Shown piece by piece: positions 11,341-24,505 of a stretch of 64,000 nt of DNA; within the stretch, counting starts at the first letter, position 1; each line of letters begins with the position of its first letter. The notes beneath the pieces are model-generated. The model was not told where the DNA came from and did no database searches. It saw only the letters and a list, made by a program, of their open reading frames with translations. Source of the DNA: the human T2T-CHM13v2.0 reference genome, Homo sapiens. The DNA lies in NCBI RefSeq assembly GCF_009914755.1, contig NC_060947.1, one strand, 5' to 3'. Position numbers and translations under genes: made by a program.

Positions 11341-12195
11341 GATTTTTGTACCAGGAGTGGTTCTAGAGAAACAGAATATTAAGGATGGAGGTCTTTCATT
11401 GGTTTTGGGGTTTCTGGAGTTGGATGCTTAATGTGATTAGACCCAAAAATGCTAAGGACTCTAATTCTAATGGCGTGGAGAACACCGATAGCCTTTGGCG
11501 TGAACTGTTTAGAGAATTATGCAAAATAAATGCATTTGACACTCCTGATTAACTGCTTGTGAGAAAAAAGTTTAGTGACCCTATATTTAATACCTTTGAC
11601 CATATGTGGAGAATCAAGGAACATAATGAAGTTGGTTGGTTGCTCCTAAATGCACTGGACAAAGGGATGAAAGAAAATGATGAACTCAGGGATTCTGACT
11701 CCTGGCTCCAGAAGCAGATACTGAGCCTCAAATCTGCTAGGATTGCCCTGAGTGAGAGTCTTATCTCCTGTAGAGAAAGACCTGAAATTTCCACCTTTGT
11801 CTGAGGAGATAAACCCTGTGCTGCCTGAGTCAACAGTGATGGCCTCCTCTGAGGCAGTTGCCAGGCAAGATAGTGTTGCTTCTTCTCAGGACCCACCCCC
11901 AAAATCCCTGTTGTTTTCTAGACCTATAACTAGACTAAAGTCCTGGCGGGCGCCTAGAGGTGAAGTTCAGAGTATGACCCCGTGAGGAGGTGCATTACAC
12001 TCGAAAAGAACTGCTTGAGTTTTTTAATTTATATAAGCAGAAATCTGGAGAACAGGCATGGGAATGGATATTAAGGGTGTGGGATAATGGTGGAAGGAAC
12101 ACAGAGTTTAATCAGACTGAATTTATTGATTTGGGTCCACTAAGTAGGGATTCTGCATTTAATGTTGCAGCTTGGGGAGTTAAAAAAGGTTCTAA

Positions 12196-12500
12196 GGCCG
12201 GGCGCAGTGGCTCATGCATGTAATCCCAGCACTTTGGGAGGCTGAGGCGGGTGGATCATGAGGTCAGGAGTTCAAGACTAGCCTGGCCAAGATAGTGAAA
12301 CCCCGTCTCTACTAAAAATACAAAAATTAGCTGGGCATCGTGGTGCGCGCCTGTAATCCCAGCTACTCAAGAGGCTGAGGCAGAGAATTGCTTGAACCCG
12401 GGAGGCAGAGGTTGCAGTGAGCCAAGATCGTGCCACTGCACTCCAGCCTGGGTGACAGAGTGAGACTTCGTCTCAAAAAAAAAAAAAAAAAAAAAAAAAA
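12196..12500 (+). mobile_element. AluS (Sg-like) inserted in HERV-L gag
   Basis: GGCCGGGCGCAGTGG start, poly-A tail, TSD aaaaaa(g)gttctaa on both sides. Confidence 0.95.
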
Positions 12501-13456
12501 GTTCTAATAGTGTACTTGCTTGGCTAGCTGAAATATGGATTAAAAGATGGCCCACTGTGAGTAATCTGGAAATGCCTGATTTCTTGCCTTGGTTTAATGT
12601 AGAGGAAGGGATCCAAATGCTTAGGGAAATTGGGAGGCTGGAGTGGATTAGTCATTTTAGACCTACTCATCCCAGCTGAGAGGGTCCAGAAGATACACCC
12701 TTGACCAATCCTTTGTGAAACAGATTTGTGAGGGCAGCACCTGCATCTTTGAAGAGATCTGCAGGGATTGGTCTTCTCTGTATGCCAGATCTAACAGTGG
12801 GAATTGTAGTCACTCAACTAAAAAATTTAAATGCAATGGGAATAATTGTATCCCGAGGTGCAGGGGTCAAGTGGCAGCACTCGACCATCAAAGGCAAGGC
12901 GGGTATAGCTACCATAATGGACAGCAGAGGCAAAGCAGCAATCAGAATAGTTTGACTCCTGTAGAGCTCTGGCATTGGCTGATTAATCACAGTATTTCTA
13001 GAAGTGAAATTGATAGGAAGCCTACTGCATTCCTACTTAATTTATACAAGCAGAAAACTTCCATGTTAAGTGGACAAAAAACTGATTCAAATTATAAAAA
13101 CAGAGAATAACGGCCCCTCAATTTCCAGACTTGAGCCAGTTTGCAGACCCAGAACCCCCTGAATGAAGGGGAGGCTGGGTCCCCTTGAGGAAGGACTCCA
13201 CTACACTATCAACAATTTATGCTGTTAATCTTTCTCCCATCCTTCCCCAAGGACACCTCTGGCCTTCTACTAGGGTAACTGTGCACTGGGGAAAGGGAAA
13301 TAATTGGACATTTCGGGACTACTGGACACTGGCTCTGAGCTGACATTGATTCCAGGGGACCCAAAATGACATTTTGGTCCTCCAGTTAAAGTAGGGGCTT
13401 TTGGAGGTGAGATAGTTAATAAATATTTAGCTCAGCTTGGACTTACAGATGATCCA

Positions 13457-14200
13457 GTGGGTCCCCGGACTCATCCTGTGGCCATTTTCCCAGTGCCAGA
13501 ATGTATAATTGGCATAGACATACTTAGCAGCTTGCAGAACCCCCACATTGGCTCCCTGACTGGGAGGGTGAGGGCTATTATGAAGGGAAAGGCTATTATG
13601 AAGGGCTATTATGAAGGGAAGGGAAAGGCCAAGTGGAAGATATTAGAGCTGCCTCTACCTAGAAAAATAATAAATCAAAAACAATATCGCATCCCTGGAG
13701 GGATTGTGGAGATGAGTGCCACCATCGAGGAACTGAAATACGCAGGGGTGGTGATTCCCACCACATCCCCCTTCAACTCTCCCATTTGGCCTGTGCAGAA
13801 GACAGTTGGATCTTGGAGAATGACAGTGGATTATCGTAAGCTTACCCAAGTGGTGACTCCAATTGCAGCTGCTGTACCAGATGTGGTTTCATTGTTTGAG
13901 CAAATTAACACATCTCCTGATACCTGGGATGCAGCCATTGATTTGGCAAATGCCTTTTTCTCCATTCCTGTCCATAAGTCCCACCAGAAGCAAATTGCCT
14001 TCAGCTGGCAAGGCCAGCAATATACCTTTACCGTCATACCTCAGGGGTACATCCACTCTCCTGCTTTGTGTCATAATCTTATTAGGAGAGACCTTGATCG
14101 ATTTTCCCTTACACAAGATCACTGGTCGACTACATTGATGACATTATGCCGATTGGATCCAGTGAGCGAGAAGTGGCAAACACACTGGACTTATTGGTGA
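13457..14200 (+). pseudogene. HERV-L protease end / reverse transcriptase fragment
   Basis: [45 protein letters not shown]; frameshift just before YIDD. Confidence 0.9.
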
Positions 14201-15958
14201 GACATTTGCATTCCAGAGGATGGGAAATAATCTGACTAAAATTCAGGGACCTTCTACCTCAGTCAAATTTCTAGGGGTGTAGTGGTGTGGGGGCAGTTGA
14301 GATATTCCTTATAAGGTGAAGGATAAGTTGCTGCATGAGGCCCCTCCAAGAAAGAGGCACAATGCCTAGAGGGCCTATTTGGATTATGAAAGCAACACAT
14401 TCCTCATTTGGGTGTGTTACTCTGGTTCACTTATCGAGTGACCCAAAAGGCTGCCAGTTTTGAGTGAGGTTCAGAAGAGGAGAAGGCTCTGCAACAGGTC
14501 CAGGCTGCTGTGCAAGCTGCCCTGCCACTTGGGCCATATGATCCAGCAGATCCAATGCTGCTTGAGGTATCAGTGGCGGATAGGGATGCTGTTTAAACCT
14601 TTTGGCAGGCCCCCATTGGTGAATCACAGCAGGGGGCTCTAGGATTTTGGAGCAAGGCCCTTCAATCTTCTGCAGATAACAACTCTCCTTTTGAGAGACA
14701 GCTCTTGGCCTGTTACTGGGCTTTCATGGAAACTGAATATTTGACTGTAGGTCATCAAATCACCATGCAACCTGAACTGCCTATCATGAACTGGGTGCTT
14801 TCTGTCCCATCTAGCCATAAAATGGGTCATGCACAGCAGCATTCCATCATCAAATGGAAATAGTGTATATGTGATTGGGCTTGAGCAGGTCCTGAAGACA
14901 CAAGTAAGTTACATGAGGAAGTGGCACAAATGCCCAGGGTCTCCACCCCTGCCACCCTGCCTTCTCTCCCCCAGCCTGCACTGATGGCCCCGTGGACAGT
15001 TCCCTATGATCAGTTGATGGAGGAAGAGAAAGCTAGGGCACGATATGCAGGCACCATCCAAAAGTGGACAGCTGCAGCACTACAGCCCCTTTCTAGGACA
15101 TCCCTGAAGGACAGTGGTGAAGGGACTTCTAAGTGGGCAGAACTTCGAGCAGTGCACCTGGTTTTGCACTTTGCATGGAAGGAGAAGTGGCCAGATGTGC
15201 GATGATATACTTATGCATGGGCTGTAGCCAATGGTTTGGCTGGAAGGTCAGGGACTTGGAAGAAGCATGATTGGAAAATTGGTGACAAAGAAATTTGGTG
15301 AAAAGGTATGCAGATGGACCTTTCTGAGTGGTCAAAAACTGTGAAGATATTTGTATGCCATGTGAGTGCTCACCAATGGGTGACCTCAGCAGAGGAGCAT
15401 GTTAATAATCAAGTGGATAGTATGAGCCGTTCTGTGGACACCACTCAGCCTCTTTCCCCAGCCATCCCTGTCATCTTCCAATAGGCCCATGAACAAAGTG
15501 GCCATAGTGGCATGGATGGAGGTTATGCATGGGCTCTGCAACATGGACTTGCACTCACCAACACTGACCTAGCCATGACCACTACTGAGTGCCCAACTTG
15601 CCAGCAGCAGAGACCAACACTGAGCCCTCGATATGGTACCTTTCCTCAGGATGATCAGCCAGCTACCTTGTAGCAAGTTGATTATATTGGACCTCTTCCA
15701 TCATGGAAAGGGCAGCAGTTTGTCTTCACTGGAACAGACACTTATTCCAGATATGGGTTCGCCTGTCCTGCACACAGTGCTTCTGCCAAGATTACCATCT
15801 GTGGACTCACAGAATGCCTTATTCACCGTCATGGTATTCCACACAGTATTGCCTCTGGCCAAGGCACTCACTTTATGGCTAAAGAAGTGTGACAGTGGGC
15901 TCATGCTCATGGAATTCGCTGATCTTACCATGTTCCCCATCGTCCTGAAGCAGTTGCA

Positions 15959-16618
15959 TTGATAGAACAGTGGAATGGCCTTTTGAAGTCACAGTTACAA
16001 TGCCAACTAGGTGACAATACTTTGCAGGGCTGGGACAAAGTTCTCCAGAAGGCCCTGTATGCTCTGAATCAGTGTTCAATATATGGTATTGTTTCTCCCA
16101 TAGTCAGGATTCGTGAGTCCAGGAATCAAGGGGTGGAAACACCACTCACCATCACCCCTAGGGACCCACTAGCAACACTTTTGCTTCCTATTCCCATGAC
16201 ATTACATTCTGGTGGCCTAGAGGTCTTATTTCCAGAGGGAGAAACGCTGCCGCCAGGAGACACAACAATGATTCCATTAAACTGGAAAATAAGGTTGTCA
16301 CCTGGACACTCTGGGCTCGTCCTACTTTTAAGCAAACAGGCTAAGAAAGGAGTTACAGTGTTTGCTGGGGTGATTGACCCGGGCTATCAAGATGAAATCA
16401 ATCCACTACTCTGCAAGGGAGGTGAGAAAGAGTATGCAAGGAATACAGGAGATCCATTAGGGCATCTCTTAGTATTACCATGCCCTGTGATTAAGGTCAA
16501 TGGGAAACTACAACAGCCCAATCCAGGTAGGACTACCAATGGCCCAGAACCTTCAGGAATGAAGGTTTGGTTCACTCCACCAGGAAAAAAATCCACAGCC
16601 TGCCAAGGGGTTTGCTGA
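15959..16618 (+). pseudogene. HERV-L integrase C-terminus plus dUTPase-like domain
   Basis: IEQWNGLLK integrase motif; LPPGDTTMIPLNWKIRLSPGH...AGVIDPGYQDEI dUTPase-like segment. Confidence 0.85.
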
Positions 16619-16927
16619 AAGCAAATGGAATACAGAATGGGTAGTAGAAGAAGGTAGTCATCAATACCAGCTACGACCACATGACCAGTTGCAGAAACGA
16701 GGACTGTAATTGTCATGAGTATTTTCTCCTTCTTTTCTTTAGTTAAAAACATGTTTGTGCGTGTACACACTTGTACTAAGAAAATATCTTTATTTTATTT
16801 CTTATTTTCCTTTATCATGTGACATAAGATGTGTTGACTTCATATCAGCATTTAAGTGTGTTAACTTTATGTAATAGCATTTGGATTGGGGATCGGTGCA
16901 TTTCTGGTTGTATGAAGGAGAGTTGTA

Positions 16928-17320
<393 letters not shown>

Positions 17321-17764
17321 TATATTGATTGTTAAAAGGACAGTGCAGAAAAGTGCTGTTGAGAAATAAGGTTGCCCGTCCCTGCCAAGACATCTAAAAT
17401 TGTTTTAAACCTAGATGCAATTCTGTATTTGAAACCTCCAGTCACCTAGTAGGTGCAAGAAAAAGTTGAAATATTTCAAGGTAATGTTGGCATTCCCAGA
17501 AACAATTCCAAAAATGAGGAGACTTACTATCATAAATTATAACAGTTGCTTTTAATTGAGCAACAGCTTATGGGAGAGAACACAAGCGCCCATCTCCATC
17601 TTGTATACCCTGTCTTTATGGTTGGTTCATTTGTAGTTAGATAGAAGCCAGTATATCATTCCAATGTTTTCATTTCTGTTCAGCAGTTAACATCTGTTGT
17701 GATGTGGAACTGCAAGGTGAAAGCAGCTTGGATTCCTGGGTGACGTGAGAGCCATGATCCGCTA

Positions 17765-18129
17765 TGGATTAGTTTATTATTCCATAACTAAATACTACAG
17801 ACTGTGTGATTAAACAATAGAAATGTATTTATTCACATTTCTGGAGGCTAAAAAATCCAAGATCAAGATGTTGACTGGTTTGAATTCTTCTGTGGGCTCT
17901 CTTTGGCTTGCAGATGGCCACCTTCTCGCTGAATTTTTACATGATTGTCCCTCTTTCCGTGTGTCTGTATCCTAATCTCCTCTTCTTGTGAAGACGCCAG
18001 TCATATTGAATAAGATCCTAACCATAAAACCTCATTTCCCCTTAATTACCTCTTCAAAGGCTCTATGTCCAAATGCAGTGACTTTGTATGTGTGCATTTT
18101 GAGGAAGGGGTATAATTCGGCCCATAACA
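17765..18129 (-). mobile_element. MLT1 (MaLR) LTR; paralogous copies ~28020-28404 and ~38992-39375
   Basis: Ends ...cccataaca (reverse of the TGTTATGGG start); typical ttctggaggcta...aagatcaag core; present in all three units. Confidence 0.8.
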
Positions 18130-18467
18130 CCCTGCCAACTAAAATCAGAATTTCTATGCACAAAAATAAACTTGTTGTGTTAAATCATTTAAATTTCAGG
18201 AAATGTTTTCATTCCATTAGCTCACTGTTACTTTATCTGACTATTACACTGCTCCTCTTCCTTTTATTAGGCTTACTTTAATGCTTTTCTTACAAATAAA
18301 TACTGCATATATTATTGTTGCAAAAAAAATGATAAAAATACATGGAAATCACAATTCTCTCCTCTGCAAAGTTCCTCCAAAATTCAGCCCCCTACTCAGA
18401 ACTTTCCACAATGTGGTGTGTAAATTTTAAAAGCTAATTTCAAGTTTTTAAAAGATAGATGTGGTAA

Positions 18468-18576
18468 TGTGTGTGTGTATATATATATGCATATATAAAT
18501 ATATATATTTATATATGCATATATAAATATATATATTTATATATGCATATATTTATATATGTGTGTATAAATATAA
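18468..18576. repeat. (TG)/(TA)-rich microsatellite
   Basis: tgtgtgtgtgtatatatatatgcatatataaatatatatattt repeats. Confidence 0.9.
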
Positions 18577-18627
18577 CAAAACATGAGTAATGACATACAT
18601 GTAAATATGCCACTTGCCTTTGCCACT

Positions 18628-19030
18628 CTGATAGGTTCAATTGCATTCCCCTAAAGTTCTATCTTGAAATTAAAAACGTGACATTATTTGGAGATAGGAT
18701 TATTTCAGAGGCAATCAAGTTAAAATGAGGTTATTAATGCTGGCCCTAATCAAATATGATGGGAGTCATTTTAAAAAGGGGAAATTTGGACATAGAGATA
18801 TGAGTAGAAGGATGATAATGTCAGCATACTTGGACTGAAGACAGCCATCTACAAGGCAAGGAGAGAGGCCTGGAATATAACTTTTCATCACAGCCCTCAG
18901 AAGGAGTCAACCTTGTATACACCTTGCTTTTTGACTACCAGACTCCAAAACTGTGAGACAATATATTTCCGTTGTTTATGTCATCCAGGCTGTGGTACAT
19001 TGCTATGGCACCCCTAACATGCCAATATAA
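18628..19030 (+). mobile_element. MLT1 LTR; copies ~39807-40200 and truncated ~28842-28952
   Basis: gtgacattatttggagatagg...aagttaaaatgagg...cagccatctacaagg...ccagactccaaaactgtgagacaat. Confidence 0.8.
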
Positions 19031-19482
19031 TCATTTATTGAAATGGATCCAAGATCGTTCCATGACAGCACAAATGTTAATAAATCTATCTTACTTTTGC
19101 AACTACTTCCTAGAATTCCAGTTTATTTCTGTGCAATAATGAATTGAACAAATCTTCTGACAGACAAATATATGTTTATCTTTTGTGGCTATAATTCATG
19201 TAAATAAAATCAACATCTCTGAGCATAAATTCTGGGACAAGTACATATAATTACTTATAAGGAATGCATTTTAATGAGGAAACTGAGTCAGTATGAATAT
19301 TTTCTATTTTTTAAATGTTACTGACTTTTTTCCTAAAATATTTCACCAATTAATTCTCTCACATTAACAGAGGAAATTATTATTATTTAATAATAATGAT
19401 TATTATTATTCCCCATAATTGTCTATGGGGAAATGATTCATTTATTCACAAACACATTTTATCAGAGTTTTAAATGTTTGTC

Positions 19483-20452
19483 AAACTTATGGGGGCAAAC
19501 CCTAGGTGACTTTGGGTTTGGTGATGACTTTTTTAGATGTAACACCAAAATTTGGTTAAACTTATGGGTGCAAACCCTAGGTAACCTTGGTTTTGATGAC
19601 GGCTTTTTCAGATGCAACACTAAAAGTACCAGCTACCTAAGAAAAAAGAGATAAATTGGACTTAATTAAAACTAAAAACTTTTGCTCTGAAAAGTCACTG
19701 TTAAGATCTTGAAAAGACAAGCCAGCGACTGGCATAAAAGTTTTGTGAAACACATATCTGATAAAAGATGTATATTTAAATATGCACAAAACGCTGAAAA
19801 CCCAATCATAAGAAAACAGAAAACCCAATTTAAAGTGGACAAAAACTATAAATAAGTACACAAACAATGAATATATAGGAATTTAAAATGAGCATATTAA
19901 AGAGTTCAATGTCATATGGCATTTTAGAGAAGTGCAAATTAAAGCACCTAGGAGATAGCGCTCTACACCCAGGAGAATGGCTGACGTCCAAAACACTGAA
20001 ACATCAAATGTTGACCTGTATGTTGAGCAACAGGAGCTTTCAGTCATTGTTAGTAGGACAGACCTGGAGGAATCATAAAAGCATAAGGCTAAGTGAAAGA
20101 AGAAAATCTTAAAAGGCTACATAATGTATGATTCCAATCATACAATATTTAGAAACAGTTCATTATGAATACACTAAAAATATCAGTGGTTTCCGGAGGC
20201 TGAGGAGTTAGGGTTGGGGCAAGGGGGATTGATAGGTGGAGCACACAAGAGATTTAAAATGGTGTAACAAGTCTGTGTGATACTGTAATGATGAATACTC
20301 ACCATTACACACTTATCAAAACCTACAGCATCCCCAACGTTGAGTGATTCCTGATGTAAACTGTGGACTTGACCTAATAATGAGGTATCAATACAGGTCC
20401 ATCAGTTGTTGCAAACATGCCATAATAATACAAAATATAAATAATAGGAGAC

Positions 20453-20488
<36 letters not shown>

Positions 20489-21150
20489 TGTGTGCGTGCA
20501 TAGGGCAGGGCAGGAGGGCAGGAATTGGGGGGGGGGGCGTAGATATGTGAGAACTCTGTAACTTTGATGAAGTTTTCTCTCTGTATTTTTGGATTAGCAA
20601 TGCTCTAAAAATGATGTCTATTAGTTTTTAAAAAGACACAAATGATTTGAAGAGAATATACCAATCAGGAAAAGGCATATAAAAAGATGACCAACGTCAT
20701 TTGTCATTAGGAAGATGCAAACAAAAAACAAAGGAGATTCAAATACAGGCTTATTAGAATGGCTGAAATCTGAAAATCTAAAATACTAAATGGAAGAGGG
20801 GATATGCAACAAGAGGAATTCTCATTCCTTGCTAGTTGAGATGAAAAATGATGCAGCCAGACTTTTAAATCCATGTTTTGTGGACCTACTCATATGACAA
20901 ATTGTGAAAGTTAAAACTATATGAACTGCAAACAGAGCATAGTTGCTAGAGTCTTTGGAGAAGTGCCTTGACTGACCTCAAAAGAGATGCACAGGGGACT
21001 TTTCGGGTGATGGAACTGGTCAGTGTGACACTTGGTTCGTAGATATGGAACTCCACGCATTTGCTAAAATACATATAATTTCACATAATAGTTAAATCTG
21101 ATGAGTGTATTTTAAAAATTAATAAAAATTATAATAAAAATTAATGACAT
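19483..21150 (+). mobile_element. Old L1 (L1MC/L1MD-like) 3' fragments with (TG)n at 20455-20487; paralogue ~40612-42580
   Basis: L1 3'-region motifs (aaattggacttaattaaaact, cctgatgtaaactgtggact); colinear with the unit 3 copy. Confidence 0.7.
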
Positions 21151-21609
21151 TAAATTAATAAAATGTTAAAAATAATTTTTTTAAAAGATCACGCACAGGC
21201 TGCTGAAAAGACAATGGATTTTTCTGGGACAAGGATAGGGAAAGAAGAAAACTAAGGGAGCCTTTGACATAGGTCAGGAGAGAGATTCTATTAACTTCAC
21301 ACACGGTAGTACTTAAAGTAGAAGGTTTTGGAATGGATTTTAGAGGATGACAGAACAACTGTTGCTGTCGGGACAGGAGAAGGGGGGAGTGCCGGCCCTG
21401 GAAGGAGTAAAACCTTGAGGAAGACTGAGGGGCCTTCCCACCTCATTTCAGACACGGGGCAGCTTCAGTTAAGCAGAGAAAGGAGCCCCGGGGCTGGCCA
21501 ACAAGCAAGAAGGGAACTCTGTGGAAGGATAGCTATCTCCCAACACGGAGGGAAGGCCCAGGCGTCGCCCAGCCACTCCTTGCTGTCACCCCTGGACAAA
21601 ACAGATGGA

Positions 21610-22032
21610 GAGGTGAAAACGGAGAGGTGGGCAGGGAGAGGTGGGCGAAGGGCAGGGAAGTGGACAGGAACAGGTGGGAGTGGGGAGGTAGGCAAGAAGG
21701 GGTGGGAGGGGGCAGGTTGGTAGGCCCGAAGGGGTGGGAGGAAGTTGGGAGGTGGGTAGGAAAAGGTGGGAGGGAGTGGGAAGGTGGGCAGGAAGGAGTG
21801 GGAGTGGTGGGAATATGGGCAATAAAAGGTGAAAGGGGGCAGTAGGTGAACAGGAAAGGGTGGGAAGGGGCGGGGAGGTGGGCATTAAGGAGAGGAAGGG
21901 GTCAGGGAGGAGGGTGGGAGGGGGTAGGGAGGTGGGCACAAAGGGGTCGGGGGGCGCTGAGGAGGGCAGGAAGAAGTGGAGTGCGGGGAAGTGGTCAGGA
22001 AAAGGTGGAAGGAGGCGGAGAGGTGGGGGGTG
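21610..22032 (+). repeat. G/A-rich degenerate minisatellite upstream of the MAGEC3 promoter
   Basis: Repeated ggg(a/t)ggtgggcaggaagg-like units, strongly purine-biased; shorter homologues at 6222-6446 and 30439-30585. Confidence 0.8.
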
Positions 22033-22049
22033 GTTTTTCCATGGAGAGG

Positions 22050-22219
22050 AGGCCCCGCCCCACGCTGCCTCTGCTGTCAGCCCTGGTCAACCTTGGCAGG
22101 GTTCGCGGATGTGCTTTCCCGACTTGCATTGTGGGAGTCTGAAGGACCTGAAACATTTTGCGAGGAGTCTGGACTCAGGTCAGCAGAGGGAAGCGTCTTA
22201 GACCTGGCCAATCCTCAAG
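22050..22219 (+). promoter_or_regulatory. MAGEC3: MAGEC3 core promoter and first exon (GC box 22053-22061, Ets-like GCGGATGT ~22105, donor 22219|22220)
   Basis: Homologous to the MAGEC1 promoter and exon 1; CpGs retained; caag|gtaagg donor. Confidence 0.65.
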
Positions 22220-22371
22220 GTAAGGGCCCTAAGGGAGAACTGAGGGACTTCGCACCAAGGACAGAAGAAGCCCCGGTCTGCCCTGCGCTGCCATAGGACT
22301 TGCAGGCCACAGACAGGAAGATGGCCGCCGAGGGCTGACCGAGGCGTCCCCACAACAGAAGAAGGGAGGAG
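22081..22371 (+). CDS. MAGEC3: Two small coding exons of the long MAGEC3 model (22081-22219 and 22297-22371)
   Basis: PWSTLAGFADV...DLANPQ and GLAGHRQEDG...QKKGG; AG/GT boundaries and phases are consistent with the recalled isoform 1. Confidence 0.55.
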
Positions 22372-22994
22372 GTGCCAGCCCTCTAGGGAATAAATAGGAA
22401 GACATTGAGGAGGACTGGGGGAACCCCCACCTCAGAGGACAGCTTCCCAGAGATTCCCACCCTGCTCCTCATATCAGCCCTCGTAGAGCTCCTCAGTCAG
22501 CTCAGGCTGAGCGGCAGTCCTCTCATTGCTGGGGGAGGGGTGGAGGGGAGGGGGAGGGGTGGAGGGGAAGGGGAGGCCTTGGTCTGGGGGGTTCCATGAC
22601 AAGTCAGCAGGGAGAGTTGCCTCCAGTTGGCAGAGGGAAGATTCCCAGGCCCTGCTGGTGATAAGAGTGAGGACGGAGAGGTCCCACGTGCATCAGAACA
22701 GACGTGAGGCCACCCCGACTGCCCCCGTGGTAGAGTGCTGGGAGGTGGCTGCCACCTCGCTACCTCCCGCTGCTCTCAGGGATGTGGAGTTTGCCCTGAG
22801 TTTTGGCCAGAAGAGTGGTAGGGACATGGCCCTGTCTGAGAAAAGGTGAGGATGCTAATTAAATTCTGATGGGACCATGCAGTCCAGAACTGTGGGGCTC
22901 TGGGAGTCTGGTCAGCCCCAGCTGTCAGCCTTGGGAGGCCCAAGACTCTGCTTGCAGTCTTTAGCCTGAGGGGCTCCCTCACTTCCTCTTGCAG

Positions 22995-23319
22995 GTGCTC
23001 CAGGAACCAGGAGTTGAAGACCTGGGTCTGAGGCACACTTCCTAAAGTCAGCACAGCAGAGGAGGCCCAGGCAATATCAGGAGTCAAGGTGAGTGCACGC
23101 CCTGACTGTGTACCAAGGGCCCTACCCCCACAAACAGAGCAGACCTGGCAGCACCTGGCCATAGCCACCTACTGCCATTCCTGGTGCCTCAGGCTCTGCC
23201 TGCCAGCTGTGCCCCGAGGTGCTTTCTCACATCCTCCTACAGGTTCTGAGGGAGCAAACCTCTTAGGAAGACAGGCGACCTGTGAGGCCCTAGAGCACCA
23301 CCTTAAGAGAAGAAGAGCT
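22995..23319 (+). other. MAGEC3: Non-coding exons of MAGEC3 short isoform (22995-23088 and 23243-23319); last acceptor 23396|23397
   Basis: Canonical splice motifs homologous to the MAGE 5' UTR exon layout, with a 77-nt last intron. Confidence 0.6.
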
Positions 23320-23464
23320 GTAAGCCAGCCTTTGTCAGAACCATCATAGGTGAGTTTCTCAGCTGAAGCTACTCACACTGTCACTGTCTTCCTCAGGCCT
23401 GTGGGATCCCATCATCCCCATCCCTGCTCACACGTTTACCTGCTGCTCCTGAACAACAGGCCTC

Positions 23465-24505
23465 ATGCCTCTCTTTCCAAACCTTCCACGCCTCAGCTTT
23501 GAGGAAGACTTCCAGAACCCGAGTGTGACAGAGGACTTGGTAGATGCACAGGATTCCATAGATGAGGAGGAGGAGGATGCCTCCTCCACTTCCTCTTCCT
23601 CTTTCCACTTTTTATTCCCCTCCTCCTCTTCCTTGTCCTCATCCTCACCCTTGTCCTCACCCTTACCCTCTACTCTCATTCTGGGTGTTCCAGAAGATGA
23701 GGATATGCCTGCTGCTGGGATGCCACCTCTTCCCCAGAGTCCTCCTGAGATTCCTCCCCAGGGTCCTCCCAAGATCTCTCCCCAGGGTCCTCCGCAGAGT
23801 CCTCCCCAGAGTCCTCTAGACTCCTGCTCATCCCCTCTTTTGTGGACCCGATTGGATGAGGAGTCCAGCAGTGAAGAGGAGGATACAGCTACTTGGCATG
23901 CCTTGCCAGAAAGTGAATCCTTGCCCAGGTATGCCCTGGATGAAAAGGTGGCTGAGTTGGTGCAGTTTCTTCTCCTCAAATATCAAACAAAAGAGCCTGT
24001 CACAAAGGCAGAGATGCTGACGACTGTCATCAAGAAGTATAAGGACTATTTTCCCATGATCTTCGGGAAAGCCCATGAGTTCATAGAGCTAATTTTTGGC
24101 ATTGCCCTGACTGATATGGACCCCGACAACCACTCCTATTTCTTTGAAGACACATTAGACCTCACCTATGAGGGAAGCCTGATTGATGACCAGGGCATGC
24201 CCAAGAACTGTCTCCTGATTCTTATTCTCAGTATGATCTTCATAAAGGGCAGCTGTGTCCCCGAGGAGGTCATCTGGGAAGTGTTGAGTGCAATAGGGGT
24301 GTGTGCTGGGAGGGAGCACTTTATATATGGGGATCCCAGAAAGCTGCTCACTATACATTGGGTGCAGAGAAAGTACCTGGAGTACCGGGAGGTGCCCAAC
24401 AGTGCTCCTCCACGTTATGAATTTTTGTGGGGTCCAAGAGCCCATTCAGAGGCCAGCAAGAGAAGTCTTAGAGTTTTTATCCAAGCTATCCAGTATCATC
24501 CCTAG
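23465..24505 (+). CDS. MAGEC3: Melanoma-associated antigen C3, 346-aa isoform
   Basis: Single-exon ORF with acidic/Ser-rich N-terminus and MAGE homology domain ([16 protein letters not shown]...[10 protein letters not shown]). Confidence 0.93.
   Translation: MPLFPNLPRLSFEEDFQNPSVTEDLVDAQDSIDEEEEDASSTSSSSFHFLFPSSSSLSSSSPLSSPLPSTLILGVPEDEDMPAAGMPPLPQSPPEIPPQGPPKISPQGPPQSPPQSPLDSCSSPLLWTRLDEESSSEEEDTATWHALPESESLPRYALDEKVAELVQFLLLKYQTKEPVTKAEMLTTVIKKYKDYFPMIFGKAHEFIELIFGIALTDMDPDNHSYFFEDTLDLTYEGSLIDDQGMPKNCLLILILSMIFIKGSCVPEEVIWEVLSAIGVCAGREHFIYGDPRKLLTIHWVQRKYLEYREVPNSAPPRYEFLWGPRAHSEASKRSLRVFIQAIQYHP

Noticed and set aside
13457-16618. HERV-L pol or dUTPase as a domesticated gene
   Set aside because: Frameshift before YIDD and many stops; fragments of this length are expected in a decayed provirus.
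21328-22296. Several G/R/P-rich ORFs on both strands (also 6082-6501)
   Set aside because: Products of the G-rich low-complexity tract, apart from the short segment listed as a long-model exon.
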